Shown here: piece by piece, positions 1 to 13,571 of the stretch
Position numbering within the stretch: the first letter of the stretch is position 1
Layout of the letters: each line of letters begins with the position of its first letter
Source of the DNA: Amoebophrya sp. A120
Lineage: Eukaryota > Protista > Dinoflagellata
Length of the DNA stretch: 64,000 nucleotides
Assembly: GCA_905178155.1 (NCBI GenBank)
Contig: CAJINV010000011.1
Span: 1,949,939-2,013,938, forward strand
Direction: 5' to 3'
The notes under the pieces: generated by a model
The model's input: only the letters and a program-made list of their open reading frames with translations
Databases searched by the model: none
What the model was told of the DNA's origin: nothing
Translations under genes and position numbers: made by a program

Positions 1-3000
1 GCAGTAGAAGTACAGCTGGGAAGCTGCTGGTGCAGCATCTGGGCAAATTGCAGGCTGTTCTGCTGCAGCTGCGTCGTGAGGCTCGTGCTATCCAATCTGC
101 TTGGAGGCAACATCGCTAGTACGCCCTGATGTTGATTCCCGCTCTTCATGAGCGCCGCCGGGTCAGCCGGGAGGGAGAAGGTGCGCTGCAACTCCCGCGA
201 TTTGCCCGAATTCCGGGCGGCCGGGACGAAACCAGCCACGCCATTCGCGTTCGGGGCCGACTGCGCAGAGGGCTGGTCCGGAAGCTTCGGCAGCGGGTGA
301 GAAGTATTATTATACTGAAGATGGTGCGCCGGCAGGGGCTGGCCAGTAGTCGAAGTCGTGGTTCCCCGAGCGGTAGTTGCCATTTGATCTGAGATTCAGT
401 GTTCATCTTTTTATCCTCGCAAGGCTGAGCAATTGCGATCGTCTACAAGATCACTAAAACAACATCTTCGGTACTATATCAATTTGATTGACCAGAACGA
501 AAAATCCCAAAATTTACCTTGTCCGTGTTCGGCCTTCTTTGCGTCCTCGCCGGTAGAGGTTTTCATCCCCTCCACTCTCGAAGCATTTTGTCCTGGCACG
601 TTTTGTTCGCCCTGCTGTCCATTTGGCGACGCAGAAGGCAACTTGAACGGTGGTGGGGGCGGTGGGGGGCCTGAAAATACTCGCTTTATGTTGTATTGAT
701 GTGATAAATATGTCGTGTGTGTAGTGGCCACCTCGCAGCGGTGATGTACAACTTCGTAGGTACGTGATTCCGTAGATTTCTTTTTCAAATATGCATCGGA
801 CTGACAAGGAGAGGCAAACAAAATTGTGTCAGTACACATTCCCTTCTTGGTCAATCGCCTCGGTGGCGGTCCAGCGGCCTCTGGAATGAACGGTGCCAGC
901 ACAAGGTCGTTCGGAAACGGCAAGAGGGTATGAGAGTGAAAAGAAAATTAAGAACTAATTTCCTTTATTGTTATGTCACTTTCTGATCAACTACACATCA
1001 GTTCATCCAGAACGTGAAATTCCCTTCTGCGAGTAGTATCTTGCTATTATGCCAGACAAATCGAGAACCAAACCCCCTTCTAAAAAAACGATGAACAGCG
1101 GGCAGTGCGCTAGTGCTGTAGTACTGTCACTCACGAGTTGTATACATCAGTCTTGCTTTAGCTTTTTCTGGTGCATGCTGACAATGTATGAATTGATAGT
1201 GACAGGCTGAAACGTCACTTAAGCGGGATGAAAGTAGTTCTCCTCCACTTTCGTAGGCAGCTGGCAGCGGCGTAAACCCCGGGGTCGTGAGCGACGCGTC
1301 TGTAGTGACGTCGTGTGTAGTGTCTTCTGATGTTGTGAAGAAGACGGGATGAAAGAAACGCCAATGCTATATAAATAGCTTTCATCAAGGTAAATAACAA
1401 TCTGTACCCGTGTGCATCCCGGTGAGCTGGCTCTGGTTCAGCATGTGCGCTGCCGCGGAGGAGACCATCGCTATGGAAGCGTCAGGATTGAAATCGTCAA
1501 AGTTGAAATAACTTGTAATGCATAAAATCGATACCAGTTGGAAGCCCACTTTCTAAGCGGCTTTTGTCATGCTGCTTTGTCGCCGACGACTGCTTTTGTC
1601 ATGCTACTCTGGCAGCTCTATCGCAGACCCAAAACAGGCTGACAGTCGGCCGCGCTTGCCGTCCCTGCAAGAGAGGCACTTCATGCCTTGCAGTTTATGC
1701 ATGAGAAATTATTTCAACTTTGTCGATTTCGATCCTGACGCTTCCATAATCGCGGCCGTAGTCGTAGAAGTGTTCAAAGCCGAAACCGTATGAGAGTGCA
1801 CAACTCCCCCTCCCCCGCACTTCTCATGCAAGATCCCAAATGCAAGCGCCGCTTTGTGGCACCCTTTGCATGACAGACTTCGCCGGAAGAAGGCGCCCAA
1901 AGAACAGTACTACAACACTAGGTGCCTGAACTTGTCATGCGGAGCCCCCACGCGCGCTGGTGTTTGTATTGCTGTAGTGTATGCCATACAAATGAGGGCA
2001 TGGGGAGTTCTTGTGCATTCTCATAAACCGGGGAGGCGAGGGCGGTAGACTGGTCCGCGCGGTTCTTTAACTGCTGCCCATAGTTCGGCACGTGCTTCTG
2101 GCGCTGCTTCCGCGGAAGCACAATGGCGCAACGGAGCTCGGCTTCCTGTTGAAATGGAAGTAGTTTTGTTGGACGATAAGGCCCGCGTTTATTCCATTTG
2201 ATTTTTACCACAAGTACGTTAGCATGATAAAAGCGTTTTTTGACTCTCATTCTTCATTCCTATTTCTTTCCCCGGAACAAGTGGAAACACTGTACTGTTG
2301 TACACTATGAGCGTAGCGGCAGTTGGCGCCGTAGCTGCACTTTTCCGGGTTGTTGCACATCTTGGTTTTCATAAACGCCTTGGTCGACTGCAGCTCCGAC
2401 TTCAAATGCGCATACGTACATATCCTGTGTAAACACGTCCCCACCCCAGAGTTGTCATGCTAAACAAAATGCGACACACTTTGCCCCCCCATTGTACCAT
2501 GGCCGTCATGCGGATTTGCAGTGACAGGAAGATTTGTAATGCGCATGTCCATGCCAGGCATTACCAATCGCGTTTTGGAATTTGTGATGCTCTAAACAGG
2601 ATAAGCAGATGGATTTGTGATGCGATTGCCCTTGCTAACATGCACTACACTACGGACTGCAACTTGTCATGCGTGGCTCCCAAAACTTCTGGATTCGTGT
2701 TGCTAAGATCCCAACTTGATTTTCGCTTGGGGACGTTTTTACATATGATAGTACAGTAGGGGTTGTCACACCGGTCCCACTTCAGCAGGTCCGGACACAT
2801 GGCAGTGCGGGTCTGTGTAGAAGTTTTTGCGCTAAGTAATCTTTCAGTTGTCACTCAATTCGAATTTTTTCAGCCGTCCCATCATGATGGGTGAACTGAT
2901 AGATACCCCCGTTTTGCTCTTCAGTCTCGCGCTCCTAAACATGAATTTGTATAAGCAAATGGAAAGACAACTATAATCCGTCGTAGCAAACAAAACAGAT

Positions 3001-3952
3001 AGTGCAGCAGAATGTTCATTCTCATTGAAACACTCTACTACATATAAAGATACAAGATCCGGCTTGGGCCGCAGCTCGTCGTAGCTGTGCGCGTGATGGC
3101 AGCTTTCCCCCCACCGGCACTCGCCGTTTAGGTGATAGAAGCACATTATGCATTGCAAGCATGTCTGGAAAAATGCGCGATTTTTCATGCTAGTATGGCA
3201 TGACACTGAGCTCTGTATTGGGTAGGGCCAACATCGGTCACGCACAAACGCTGCTTCTCATGCGAAATACGCAACACAGAGCCACGGAAAAATCTGTAAT
3301 GCTTGCTGGCGCAACATAATTACAGTGTGCTTTACTAATCACTGACATGCACCATCACAGGTTTCCAGAAAATCCAGACATATTTGCAATTCATACACAT
3401 TTGCGTCTTGTAGAGTTCCGTGTTCGCCTTTTGCCGTATGGAAGCGTCAGGTTTGAAATCGTCAAAGTTGAAATAATTTGTAATGCATAAAATGCATGAC
3501 CCGAGGCACGTGTGTTGCAGAGCAGGCAAGTGAGGCCGATTGTAAGCCTGTTGGGGGCTACAGCTCGAGCTGCTAAAGTAGCATGAGAAAATCACTCTTC
3601 TTTGCCTAAACAGCGTGACAAACTGGATTTAGGGACCACCGAAATTTGTCATGCACCACTTGGAAACTGGGTTCCAACTGGCGTCCATTTTATGCATGAC
3701 AAATTATTTCAACTTTGTCGATTTCAACTCTGACACATCCATATGCCGTTTTGTCGAGGTAGTGGCCTGTTTAGAAGAAGGCATGAGCAGTCCACCTCCA
3801 CCGCCACCGGCAGTTGCGCTGTTCATACCAGCACCCATCCCTTGTTTCCCACCATTCCCAGCCCCCAACGGCGCGCCGGTTGGGCCACAGGGCGGACAGA
3901 TCAGAGGCGGTGGCACCGCCATGGTCCCCATTATCTGGGAAAACGGATCCAT
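1..3952 (-). CDS. Tandem CCCH zinc-finger RNA-binding protein (multi-exon; 3' end runs off the window)
   Basis: ATG at 3952 (MDPFSQIMG). Spliced sequence gives three CCCH fingers: YKTQMCFYHLNGECRWGESCHHAH, TRTAMCPDLLKWDRCDNPYCTYAH, KTKMCNNPEKCSYGANCRYAH. Five introners plus GT-AG introns at 2813-3053 and 2146-2303. P/Q-rich C-terminal exons below 1471 are less certain. Confidence 0.85.
1472..1748. mobile_element. Introner family A
   Basis: ~40-bp TIR TATGGAAGCGTCAGGAT..AAAGTTGAAATAA; TSD ATCGC. Confidence 0.92.
1789..2025. mobile_element. Introner family D
   Basis: TIR TATGAGA.TGCACAA; TSD AACCG. Confidence 0.88.
2421..2750. mobile_element. Introner family C
   Basis: TIR TATC..TGTAAA.ACGTCCCCA; TSD GTACA. 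Confidence 0.9.
3147..3395. mobile_element. Introner family B
   Basis: TIR TATG.ATTGCAA..ATGTCTGGA; TSD CACAT. Confidence 0.9.
3437..3743. mobile_element. Introner family A
   Basis: Family A TIR; TSD TGCCG. Confidence 0.92.
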
Positions 3953-4765
3953 TCGTGCGCGCTTGTCGCAACTAGCGCGGCTCGTTGTTGCTGAAGCGGC
4001 CGCCCAGAAGTACTTACTTCACGACCAGACGGAGCAATAGAGAATCGCCGTTTCTGAAACGGCAGACGCAGACACGGATCCCTAACGTTGGTCTTGGTTT
4101 CTCGTGAAGAGAATAACGCAAACAAAACCAATAGGCGGCTCTTGAGAACTTGTACTAAGTACCCGACCTCCAACTTGTTTCAGCAAAAAAACTAGACCCT
4201 GCATAGTAGGGGAAAGACGCACTCATCGCTCTGCTTTTGTTCTGCCATGCGCCTCTCGCTCCTCACTTAAAAGAAACTAACCCCCAAAAGTTCTTTCGCT
4301 TTGCATTTGGTTTCAAATTCAATTTCAAACATAAGTAAATGCGCGGGAGGTCCCCGGATTCCTGCAGGCAGATTTTTTGCAACCACGAATTATTCCTGGA
4401 TCAACAGATTTCCAAAACTCTATGGCCATGGTGGTAAGTAGGGTGTGCTTCTTTTTGCAAGTACTCTCCTACTTCATTGTGCTTTTTGTCCCGCAGAACA
4501 TAACAACCCGTATAGCGATGACCTAGGTCGCGCTAACAGGCACCGGTAACTGCAGTTCCGCAGGTGGAAACAACACTGTGCGGTAAAGTTAAAGATATTC
4601 CGGCTCAACGATTTAGATTTACTACATTTTTTACACTATAGGGATTGTGCGCGGGTAACTTTCTTTTTTCTAAGTCCAAAAACAAATAATTTCGCCAGTA
4701 GAGTAGGTCAGTGTCGCAACAACGACAGATCATGACAAGAACATCGGAATCCATTAATACTTGTA

Positions 4766-6456
4766 TCAAATGTCCAACTCTTTCCCCCAGGGCCCGAGTT
4801 CCTTGACCCCCTCGATTGTCGCGAAGTAGCTGTCTACCAAGGCCTTCGGGACGTCCTGGACTTTTTCGTGCGACCACTTCGCCGCCCGCTTTTCTAGCAG
4901 CAGTGCCGACACCCCCTCCGCAAAGTCCGCCTCCGGTTGAGGCCGGAGGCAGTGCATGGCCATCTTGTACTCCGTTCGCAGCGCGCTGCGGAGCGTTTCC
5001 GCGTCGCTCCGGTGTCGCTCCATCGCCGCAAAACTCACCTTCAGCGACAGGGGGGACATGTCGCGGAGAAGTTTCAGGTACTTTTCCGCAAAATCAGTTT
5101 TCTCGTCCTCCAGCCGTTGCATCACCGCCTCTACCGATTCCGCACTGTGTCCGAAGCACCGGGAGATCAGTTCCGAGTCCGCACCGGAGATGGTCGGCTG
5201 AACACCCACAGAGTCGAGTTTCGAGACCTCTTTCACCACGACATCCTCCAGTTTTTCCAAATGCGACTGCACGGCGGTCGGGGTGACTGCCCCGGTGAAA
5301 CTTCCCAAGTGGGCCTTGACCGCCTCTAGATCCTGCTGCTTCACGAAGTGCGTCCCCACACCAAAATTTACGCAGTCCGCGGCGTTCAGTCGCGCGCCTG
5401 TGAGCCCGAGAAACCGGGCGATCGCAACGGGACTGCGGTTGGCAAGGCGCGACAGGCCCCAGGTCATGCCCACATCCGGAAACAAGCCGATCTTGGTTTC
5501 CGGCATGGCAAACATGGTTTTCTCAGTCACAATGCGGATGGGGTTGTGGAACCCCAACCCAACGCCGCCACCCATCACGATCTTGTCCCAAACGGACACC
5601 GTGACGACGTTCTCCTGATTCTTTTGCGCGATCTTGTAGTCCAGCTTGTACTCCTTGTGGAAGAACTCCCCGCCCAGAGTGCGATCGGCGCACTTACTCC
5701 CTATCCTGAGTAAAAACATACCCACACCAGAGTCAGGATGGGGATTTTGCAACACAAACCTAGGAGTTTTAGGAGTCACGCATGACAAGTTTCAGTCCGT
5801 AAGGTAGTGCAAGTTAGCAAGGAAAGCCGCATCACAAATCGACCTTCTGATCCTGTTTAGAGCATTACAAGTTCCCAAACACGATTGAAAATGCCTGTCA
5901 TAGTCATGGGGTTGCGCATCACAAATGTTCCTGTCATGGCAAATCTGCATGACAACTCTGGGGTGGGAACGTTTTTACACAGGATACTCCCGCGCAACGC
6001 TTCCGCCAGGGCCGCCACGTCGCCCCCGGCACAAAACGCCTTCTCGCCCGCGCCCTCCAGCCACACGATGGCGTCTTGGCGCGGGATGCGGTTCTCGTAA
6101 ATCTCCTCGAGAAGTTCAATCATCGTGAGGGAAAGGGAATTCAACTTTTTCGGCCGGTTCAGGGTCACGCAGTGCAGTTTGGATGAAGTCGTCGAGGATG
6201 TTGTTTTACTCGTACTCGTAGGATCGTACGGTGCATACAGTACCTCCGCCTCGGTTGTACTAGAGCTGCTTGCGGAGCTGAACCGGCGAGAGGTGGCAGA
6301 GGACGTCGTGGTCGTCGTGAGAGAACAAGGAAAGAGTCTTCGCTGCTGCAGGTTCATCTGCCGAGAAGAAGTAGAGGAACCTGACGCCAGAATCTGATGC
6401 GAAACCTGCAAGACACGGGTCGCAGGGCCGCGAAGGGGGGAGCAAGTTGGCGACAT
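4766..6456 (-). CDS. HIBCH: 3-hydroxyisobutyryl-CoA hydrolase, mitochondrial (crotonase family)
   Basis: Motifs TLNRPKKLNSLS, AFCAGGDV, IVMGGGVGL, FAMPETKIGLFPDVG, DFAEGVSALL; S/R-rich transit-peptide-like N-terminus. Removing introner 5702-5986 plus one TSD joins ...LRGS/KCADR... in frame. Confidence 0.93.
5702..5986. mobile_element. Introner family C
   Basis: TIR TATCCTG.GTAAAAAC; TSD CTCCC. Confidence 0.92.
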
Positions 6457-7499
6457 TTTTCTCGGACAAGGTTTTGGTTTATTTTTATACAGTTTAATTC
6501 CGTATGTAGTTGTTCTTCACTCGTTGTCGTGTTCTCGTCCCCGTCAGGTTAGGTAGCTTGGAGAGCAACAAAAACTTTCTAATCGGGTTAGGTGCAGGTC
6601 GTGGATGTTTACCTTCCATTAATGTTCGCATGCCGGTTTCTAATTCTAAGTGCTTTACTTTGGTGATGCTCATGCTTCGTCTTTGCATCAACCGGAAAAT
6701 AAACCAAGACACTATGACTGACACCAAAAAACATTTCACCGCGGCCACGCTCGCTCACTCTCTTCGTGGTTAGCAGGGACTTTATTGCTTGTTCTAAAGT
6801 AGACCCTTCTACTCCAAAAACAACTAGCCGAGGGCTTACTCAATGTGTGGCCCGAACATCATTGAATGAAAAAACCAGTAATTTGGATCCGCAGCAGCCC
6901 TCATCGCGGTGAAACAACAGGAGCAGTAGCTTGTGCTAACATTTTTTTTTGAAAAATTCTAATTTGACGCAATGAAAGCGTGACCGCCACGCCGCGAGTA
7001 CTATTCTCAGTACAGTCCTACCGCCGTTTCCGTTTTCAAATAGTGTACCACAGACAGCCCCAGTCGTGCTGTTCCGTTCGAAACAAATGTTATTTTCAAT
7101 ATCAACCACAAACGCTAGATACAATTTTCTGCAGCAGCGAAAGCTGCTCGCCCCGGAGCAGAGATCATCTGCTACGCCTGCTCTGCACCTGGAGGCTGCA
7201 GTAGCTAAAGTACATTTAATCAACTCCTAATTGTCAAGTGGACAGGTTAATTTTCGACGCAACTGCCATAACCAAAGGAGATGGGACCTATGGTACATTT
7301 ATTCTCAACTTCAATTGAAAAGGAAACTGTATATTGTACAATAAACATGGTCAGTCTAGGTCTTTTACTAGTAAAATAAACATCCCGGCATTTTTATACT
7401 GCAGCGCCACTGCAAAAGTATCGTGGTTGAGAATGAAAATCCATCTCAAGAGAAGCACAAACCACATCAAACAGCGGCACCACTTATTGATTCTACTGC

Positions 7500-10400
7500 G
7501 CATCATGCCTGAAGATCTGAAGCCCTAATGAGTAAGCCCGTAAAAGAAGTCTCGCCCTGAAGATTCAGCAGTCTAAGCGCAGGACGGCGCCCCCTCTATC
7601 AGGACTTTATTTTTCATCATACACAGAAGTGGTTCTTGTTACAGTAAAAGTAGCACGATATTTGTTCTTCAAGACAGCACCCTTTCAGCCACGACGTTGT
7701 ACCAGTCCTGACTTATTCATTCTTACGGGTTGTTCTGCAGTGCCCCGGGGTGTACGCGGAATCTTGCTTGAAACAGACACTCCTCGACGTTCAGTAGCAC
7801 CTTCGGTTGGTCAAAAAACTTCCCAAAGTGCTCCTCTAACACGTCCAATACCTCGCCGGTAGCGTCCGCGGCCATTATGCTCAGTCCCCGCTTTTTCCAC
7901 GCCTCGAACAGCTCCTTCAGCTCCTTCAAAGCCGTCGCGTCGATGGAGTTAACCTTTGTAGGGGAACGAGTGATCGAATGTGAATGAGAACAAATACTTA
8001 CAATATGAATCGACACAATAACAGAGATAAATCCGGCGCATCACAACCACTGCGTATCTTCACTGAGTGATGCAAGAAAGTAAAAGAGAAACATCCCATG
8101 AAACAGGAGCTCGACGCCAAGGCGATAGACCACAACGACCAAGAGCAAGACCAAGAGGTGCTGGCGGTATATGCAACAATAAAAATGAACTCTCTCCTTC
8201 TACCTGGCTCCAAACGGTGACGATGACCTTGATTTCTCTCCACTGCTTTTCCCGTTGCAGCATTTTCTCCACTTCCTCCCGAATAAACTCGATATTTGCG
8301 AAGAACATGGACTATGCATTGCAAAAGCTGCATCGTACTTCTAGTATAAATCGCATGACAAATTTCCTGAGCATGAAATGGAATTTGTCATGCTGATTTC
8401 CCTTGGGAATCAGATTTGTCATGTAGATCTGCGATTAGTACGAGTGCGATGCTTTTGTATTTGATATGGACGCGCCGAAGGAAAAAATCACCACACCCTC
8501 GAATTGGTGCACGGTAATCTCCAGTTTTCGCCCCCGCTGCACGTCATACAGAGACGAGTGCTCGTCCAGTTTGCCCATTTGCGACACGCGGGGAAATATG
8601 GAATGCAAATATGTCTGGGTCTGGATGGATGCAACTTGTCATGCGAATCCGAATCATGCAAAAATCTGTGTTGCATGAGTGCCAAAAGCTGTCCACTTTC
8701 GACCAAATTGGGAGAGAGTTTCTGATGCAGGATAGGCATGACCACAGAGACCTCACAGAGTCTGCCATGCTAGGTTTCGCATTCCAGACTTTGACTTCAA
8801 CTTCATGGGTCATGGAAACCTTGCATGACAAGTTTACACTCTTCCAGACCCAGACATATTTGCAATCCATAGGAAAGACCACGTCGCTGATCATAATGAA
8901 GAGACTCAGCGCGACGGAGAGCGCCACACCCTGCAACACACCCTATGAAAAGGAAAAATCCCCCCACCCCATATCACAAAGGAAGTCTGTGATGCTGGAT
9001 TTGCGTACACAAATCAGATTTGTATTGCAGGAAGGCATTGCGGCCAGATCCCCAGGCTAGGGCGGGGCGTATGGATCTAGTTGGTCAGCATTGCAAACGG
9101 CTGACCTTTAGGCCCAACAGCATGACAAATCGCTTCCATGATGGGGCGGAAGCTTCTGCCCTTGTCTTCTTGCAAGACAAACATGATTTGTGGCCTCAAA
9201 TCAGCAACACAAATTTTCGGAAACATACCCTTTCGATATGGGGAGGGGGGATTTTTCCTTTTGATACGCCCAACAGAATGGTGCCACCACAAGCCAGGAC
9301 CCAGACCTGCGGACGAAAAGTTTCTTTTAGGTTGAGATTCATTTCATCGGCGCTGAGCATTTATTTTTCCTTGTCGTTCGTGTCCTCAGCAACAGATTAT
9401 TGTGTTCTTTCTAGTCGTATCTGTACCAAACCGAAATTATGCAGCACACGACCAAACCAGGAAAAAAAACGCTGCTAGTAGAATTAAGTACATTCAAAAA
9501 ATTTAAAGATGAGTACTAGTTTACTACTGTACCAAAATATCCCGGTAGAATCCCACCACCGCCGTGGTTGGTAGCTTTGGTATATTTATTGTGTAGTCGC
9601 TCGTGCTGCCGCGCTGCACATCCCCTCCACCTCCCGATTGTTGTACTATGGATTGGTTTGTGCCGCTGCCCTCCTTTCGCTCTTTCGATGGGGAAAGCAA
9701 GGCCGACCGCTGGAACGAGGGAACCTGCTTTATCCTGGCCTCGGCGAATTCGGTGGCCATTTCCGCAAAGTCTGCGTCCACCCCGCCCTGCGTGAGCTCG
9801 CCAAGAGACCCTAGATTCTTGTTCAGACCGCCGTTGGTTCCGACGTTTTCCGAGGACAATATTCTCCGGATACCAGAACGCGATTTGGACACACTCAAGG
9901 GAGACGACCGCGGGGAGAGTCCTGCGGTCAAGGTGTTGACGCTTTGCGAAGCCGGGATGTTCATGTTTAATAGCAGGGGCTGCTTCAAATCAGCAACGTT
10001 TGCCGTCGGAGAGAGCGCATTGTTGGTGTTGCGGGCCGGGTTGCTTGTGTCCTCGTTTGCTGTGGTATAGGTATTGAAATCAGTAATTTATCAAAATTGG
10101 AGCAGAACAAATGAAGGTATAAACGAAAGCAAAACTGACTCGTCACAGCCAGCACAGTCGGCCGCACACTAAAGCAGCATGACTCTTGTGTGATGATCAT
10201 ATATCCATCCAAATTGTATTCATTTCAAGCTGCTCACCTGGCGAGCTATCCGGCAGAAGTGCCCCGGGCATTTCTACCATCACCGGCAAGTTCGGCGAAG
10301 AGCCTGCCCTGCCAGAAGCGGACGCGCGGGCAGGAGACCCAAGGCCGTCCTTCAAGCTGGAGGACGGCGGGCTGGGTTCCCGACTGCTTATCCTCCGGAC

Positions 10401-12522
10401 CACCTGCTCCACTTGTTCCTTGGTTTTCTCCTGAATTTTCGACGTTTTTATCAGCCAGAAGAGGTAGGGGAAGTCCTGGAGATTCGTGCACGCGAGGATG
10501 ATAATGCCGGACAGCATATCCTATGGGAAAACGTCGCAACCCCATAACTGTCATGCAAATCTGCATGCTGAAAATGTTTCTCATGCAGAGCCCCATGACA
10601 AGCGTGGCTTTCTATTCGCGTTTTGGAATTTGTAATGCTCCAATCAGCACAATAGGCTAGGTCTGTGATGCTGCTGAACAAGCTAAACTGGATTACACTA
10701 CAAGGCAAGACTTGTCATGCGCAAGAACCAAAGGTGGCTGATTTGTCTAGCAGATTTCCCATCTTGACTATCGGATGAGGACGTCTTTTTGCTCAGGATA
10801 CAGCACACACTTGGGAATCCAGAAAATGGCGGACGAGAAGAAGATCTATCCTGTGCAAAAGTATCGTACTCGTAGTAATTGCATTCCTGCATTACAAATT
10901 TTTTTCAAAAGGTAAATCCGCATGACAAATTTTATTTCTCATGCTGAGGAAATTTGTATTGCATTTATACGATTACGATACTTTTGCAATGCATAAGATC
11001 AGGCCGCTGGCAACGACGCAGGTGGCGACCAGCCCGCCGATCTGCGAATTGATGCCCAACATCGGCAACAACGCGGCACGGGAGAGGGAACCGGACACCG
11101 GAAACGACTGGAAAAATCCGCCCGTGATCCCCGCGATCCCCAGGGCGATGGCTTCCTGGCTTGCCTTGATACTGTACCCCTGTTGCAGGGCGACCCGGCG
11201 GGAGGAGCTGAAAGTGGTGATGAACGAGGTCAGCGCGATGAGCAGGGAGCCGGGGAGCAGGGAAACAAACGTGACGGAATCCGGCACGTACTCCCAGGGC
11301 GGCGTGAAGCCGGGCACGCCTTGCGGCACCGGGCCGACCACGTTCACGACCAACCCCGTTTCTTGGCTGTCGTTGACCGCGCCCGGGGTGCGGAGGGAAT
11401 ACACCAAGCCGCCGAAAAACAGTACGACAAAGAGCTCCTTGAAATCCAGAGACTGCAGCAAAATTTTTGCCCAGGTCTCTTCCCGCTTCTTTAACGAGGC
11501 CTTCAGCTGTTAAGGATAGTGATCAAAAAAAAATTTGAAGAAATGCCGGATCTGCAGAAGATGATCATGCCGTACAAAATCTTAAAAGCAAAGTACAAAT
11601 TTCTCATTCACACCCTGGAGTCGCGAAATTTGAATCATTCCCAGGAAGTTGCCCTAGTTCTTCTTGATGTCAACAACATAGAAAAATCACATGAAATTAC
11701 AATTAGAATTGAACCCAACTATAATACCGCTTTCGATTTGTGCAAGACGGCCATGACACAGAGCCCTATTGCCACCGCCGCCCAGTTCACCGCCGTTATG
11801 TTCGCAAAGGTGCCTGTCAAAATTGGCACCACGCCTTTCGCGTTGTACAAATGTTTGTCCAGCCCCGTGAGTTGCTTGCTCTGCGTGGCTGCAATGATCA
11901 GGCTCGCGCCGGAAATGAAGCCCGACAGGGTCGGCTGGGATAAGAACCGGACCAGAAACGTCAGTTTCGTCACCCCGAAAATGAAAATCAGCAGCCCGGT
12001 GGTCAAGGCCAAGTAGCTCGCGACCCGGGTTCGCACCTCGATGTCCCCGTACTTGGACAGCTGGTCAGCGATCATCACAGCAGCCACCGCACCGGAGGAG
12101 ATGGAGGCGTGGGGACTAGTGCCAAAGATCGCGTACATGATGGCCGGGCCGAGGGCGCAGTAGGGCCCCTGCACCGTGACGGTGGTCGCGATCGCGGCGT
12201 GGGCCATGGTCTGGCAGATCAGAATGAGCCCCACAATCACGCCGCCCACAATGTCGCCCTGCAGTTTTTTTCCGCAGTCGTAGTCGGGGAGCCACTTGGT
12301 AATCGGGACGTGGTCATTCACAAATTTTACCATCCGCGACTTCCCGATCTTGGCCTTTTCCTTCAGCGATTTCCTCGCTTTCTGCTCGATTACGTCCTCG
12401 ACGTAGGCCAGCGGCGGGGGAACAATCAGGTCGTCGTCCTCCAGGTGGAGCATGTCCGAGCGGTCCATGCGGGACCGCGAATACGTGTAGTGGTCTTCAC
12501 CACTGATGCGCGCATCCACCAT
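7500..12522 (-). CDS. sulP: SulP/SLC26 sulfate-anion transporter with C-terminal STAS domain (ends approximate)
   Basis: GDIVGGVIVGLILICQTMAHA, YAIFGTSPHASI, FLSQPTLSGFISGA, FPVSGSLSRAAL, IFWIPKCVLSGIII; STAS: SMFFANIEFIRE...VNSIDATALKEL. Five introners plus GT-AG introns. The last exon (below 7725) is not resolved. Confidence 0.9.
8313..8466. mobile_element. Introner family F
   Basis: TIR TAT..A.T.CAAAAG..ATCG.ACT; TSD TGGAC. Confidence 0.88.
8597..8871. mobile_element. Introner family B
   Basis: TIR TATGGA.TGCAAATATGTCTGGGTCTGGA; TSD GGAAA. Confidence 0.92.
8944..9266. mobile_element. Introner family G
   Basis: TIR TAT.AAAAGGAAAAATCCCCCC.CCCCATATC; TSD CACCC/CGCCC. Confidence 0.9.
10517..10800. 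mobile_element. Introner family C
   Basis: TIR TATCCT; TSD CAGCA. Confidence 0.88.
10847..10995. mobile_element. Introner family F
   Basis: TIR TGCAAAAGTATCGTA.TCGTA; TSD AGATC. Confidence 0.9.
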
Positions 12523-13571
12523 CTTTTCGTCGTCTTGCGCACAACTTCTACGCAAGTCGCGCTAGACAGGGTCCTCGTGAAGATCGTCCTCCCGCGTTCA
12601 AGTGTACTTGCAGTCAACAGGGCGCTGGTCGTGGTCGTGGTCCGTGGTCGTCGTGAAGAATTTCAATTTTCCGACGACTTCTATAATTTAGGTGCGAGTA
12701 GAAGACGAGACCTGCACTTCTATGAAAGGAAGCACTTAGATAATCAGTAGAAGAGGTATTCGAAACTACATGGGGTAGGCAGAAATAAAGGGATGAGAAA
12801 AAGCGTGAAGATCAACTTCGTCAACAGGGAATCTTTTTACTCATAGTGTACAAAAAGAAAGGAAATATGTGCAAAGGCTTCATAGGAAGGCCGCCGGGAC
12901 GTCAAGAGCACCTCAATAGAATATCAAGAATGTGGTCCTGGACGTAGAAAGCGGTGTATAGATGAGACAAAAGATCCCTAAGTACTTAGTTCCACACTAC
13001 TGCACACTACGTACCAGTTTCTTCCACTTAAATTCTTTATTCTCCCACCTACTACAACTGCACCGCACGACGACCTCTATTTCACACTCTCCAACCGCGC
13101 CGGACTTCATCTACACAGATGCTGCAAATGAGGGGCTGCACGCCGTGTCTTGTTGTTGTGCCAGCTTACACATACACACCGAATATATAACTAGCAACTT
13201 TTAGTGCTCGTAATTCGTTTGCAACAGAAAAGCGCCACTTCTTCTAACCGACTTGGCTCAGCGATCTGTCACTGACAACAGGCGTCGCCAGCAAGCTACC
13301 AAAGAGCAGCACATACCGACTTTTTCGAAAATTCTCTATCGCTGCAGTATACCGACTCATGTCATGACCTTCATCACCGATATATGGTCACTCCTTCCAG
13401 AGGAAGGTAAAGGCGGGAAGTCGGGTTTTATCTTCCCGCGTTCCTGTCGTGACGACAGCCATTATTTTGCTCGTGCCCCGCCTATGTACCTATTTTCAAA
13501 CGAGCAAGAAAGCTTTTGCTGTCCAATAGCTCCACTTGAAAGAACTGAACATGTAGATGCAGTTTGCATGC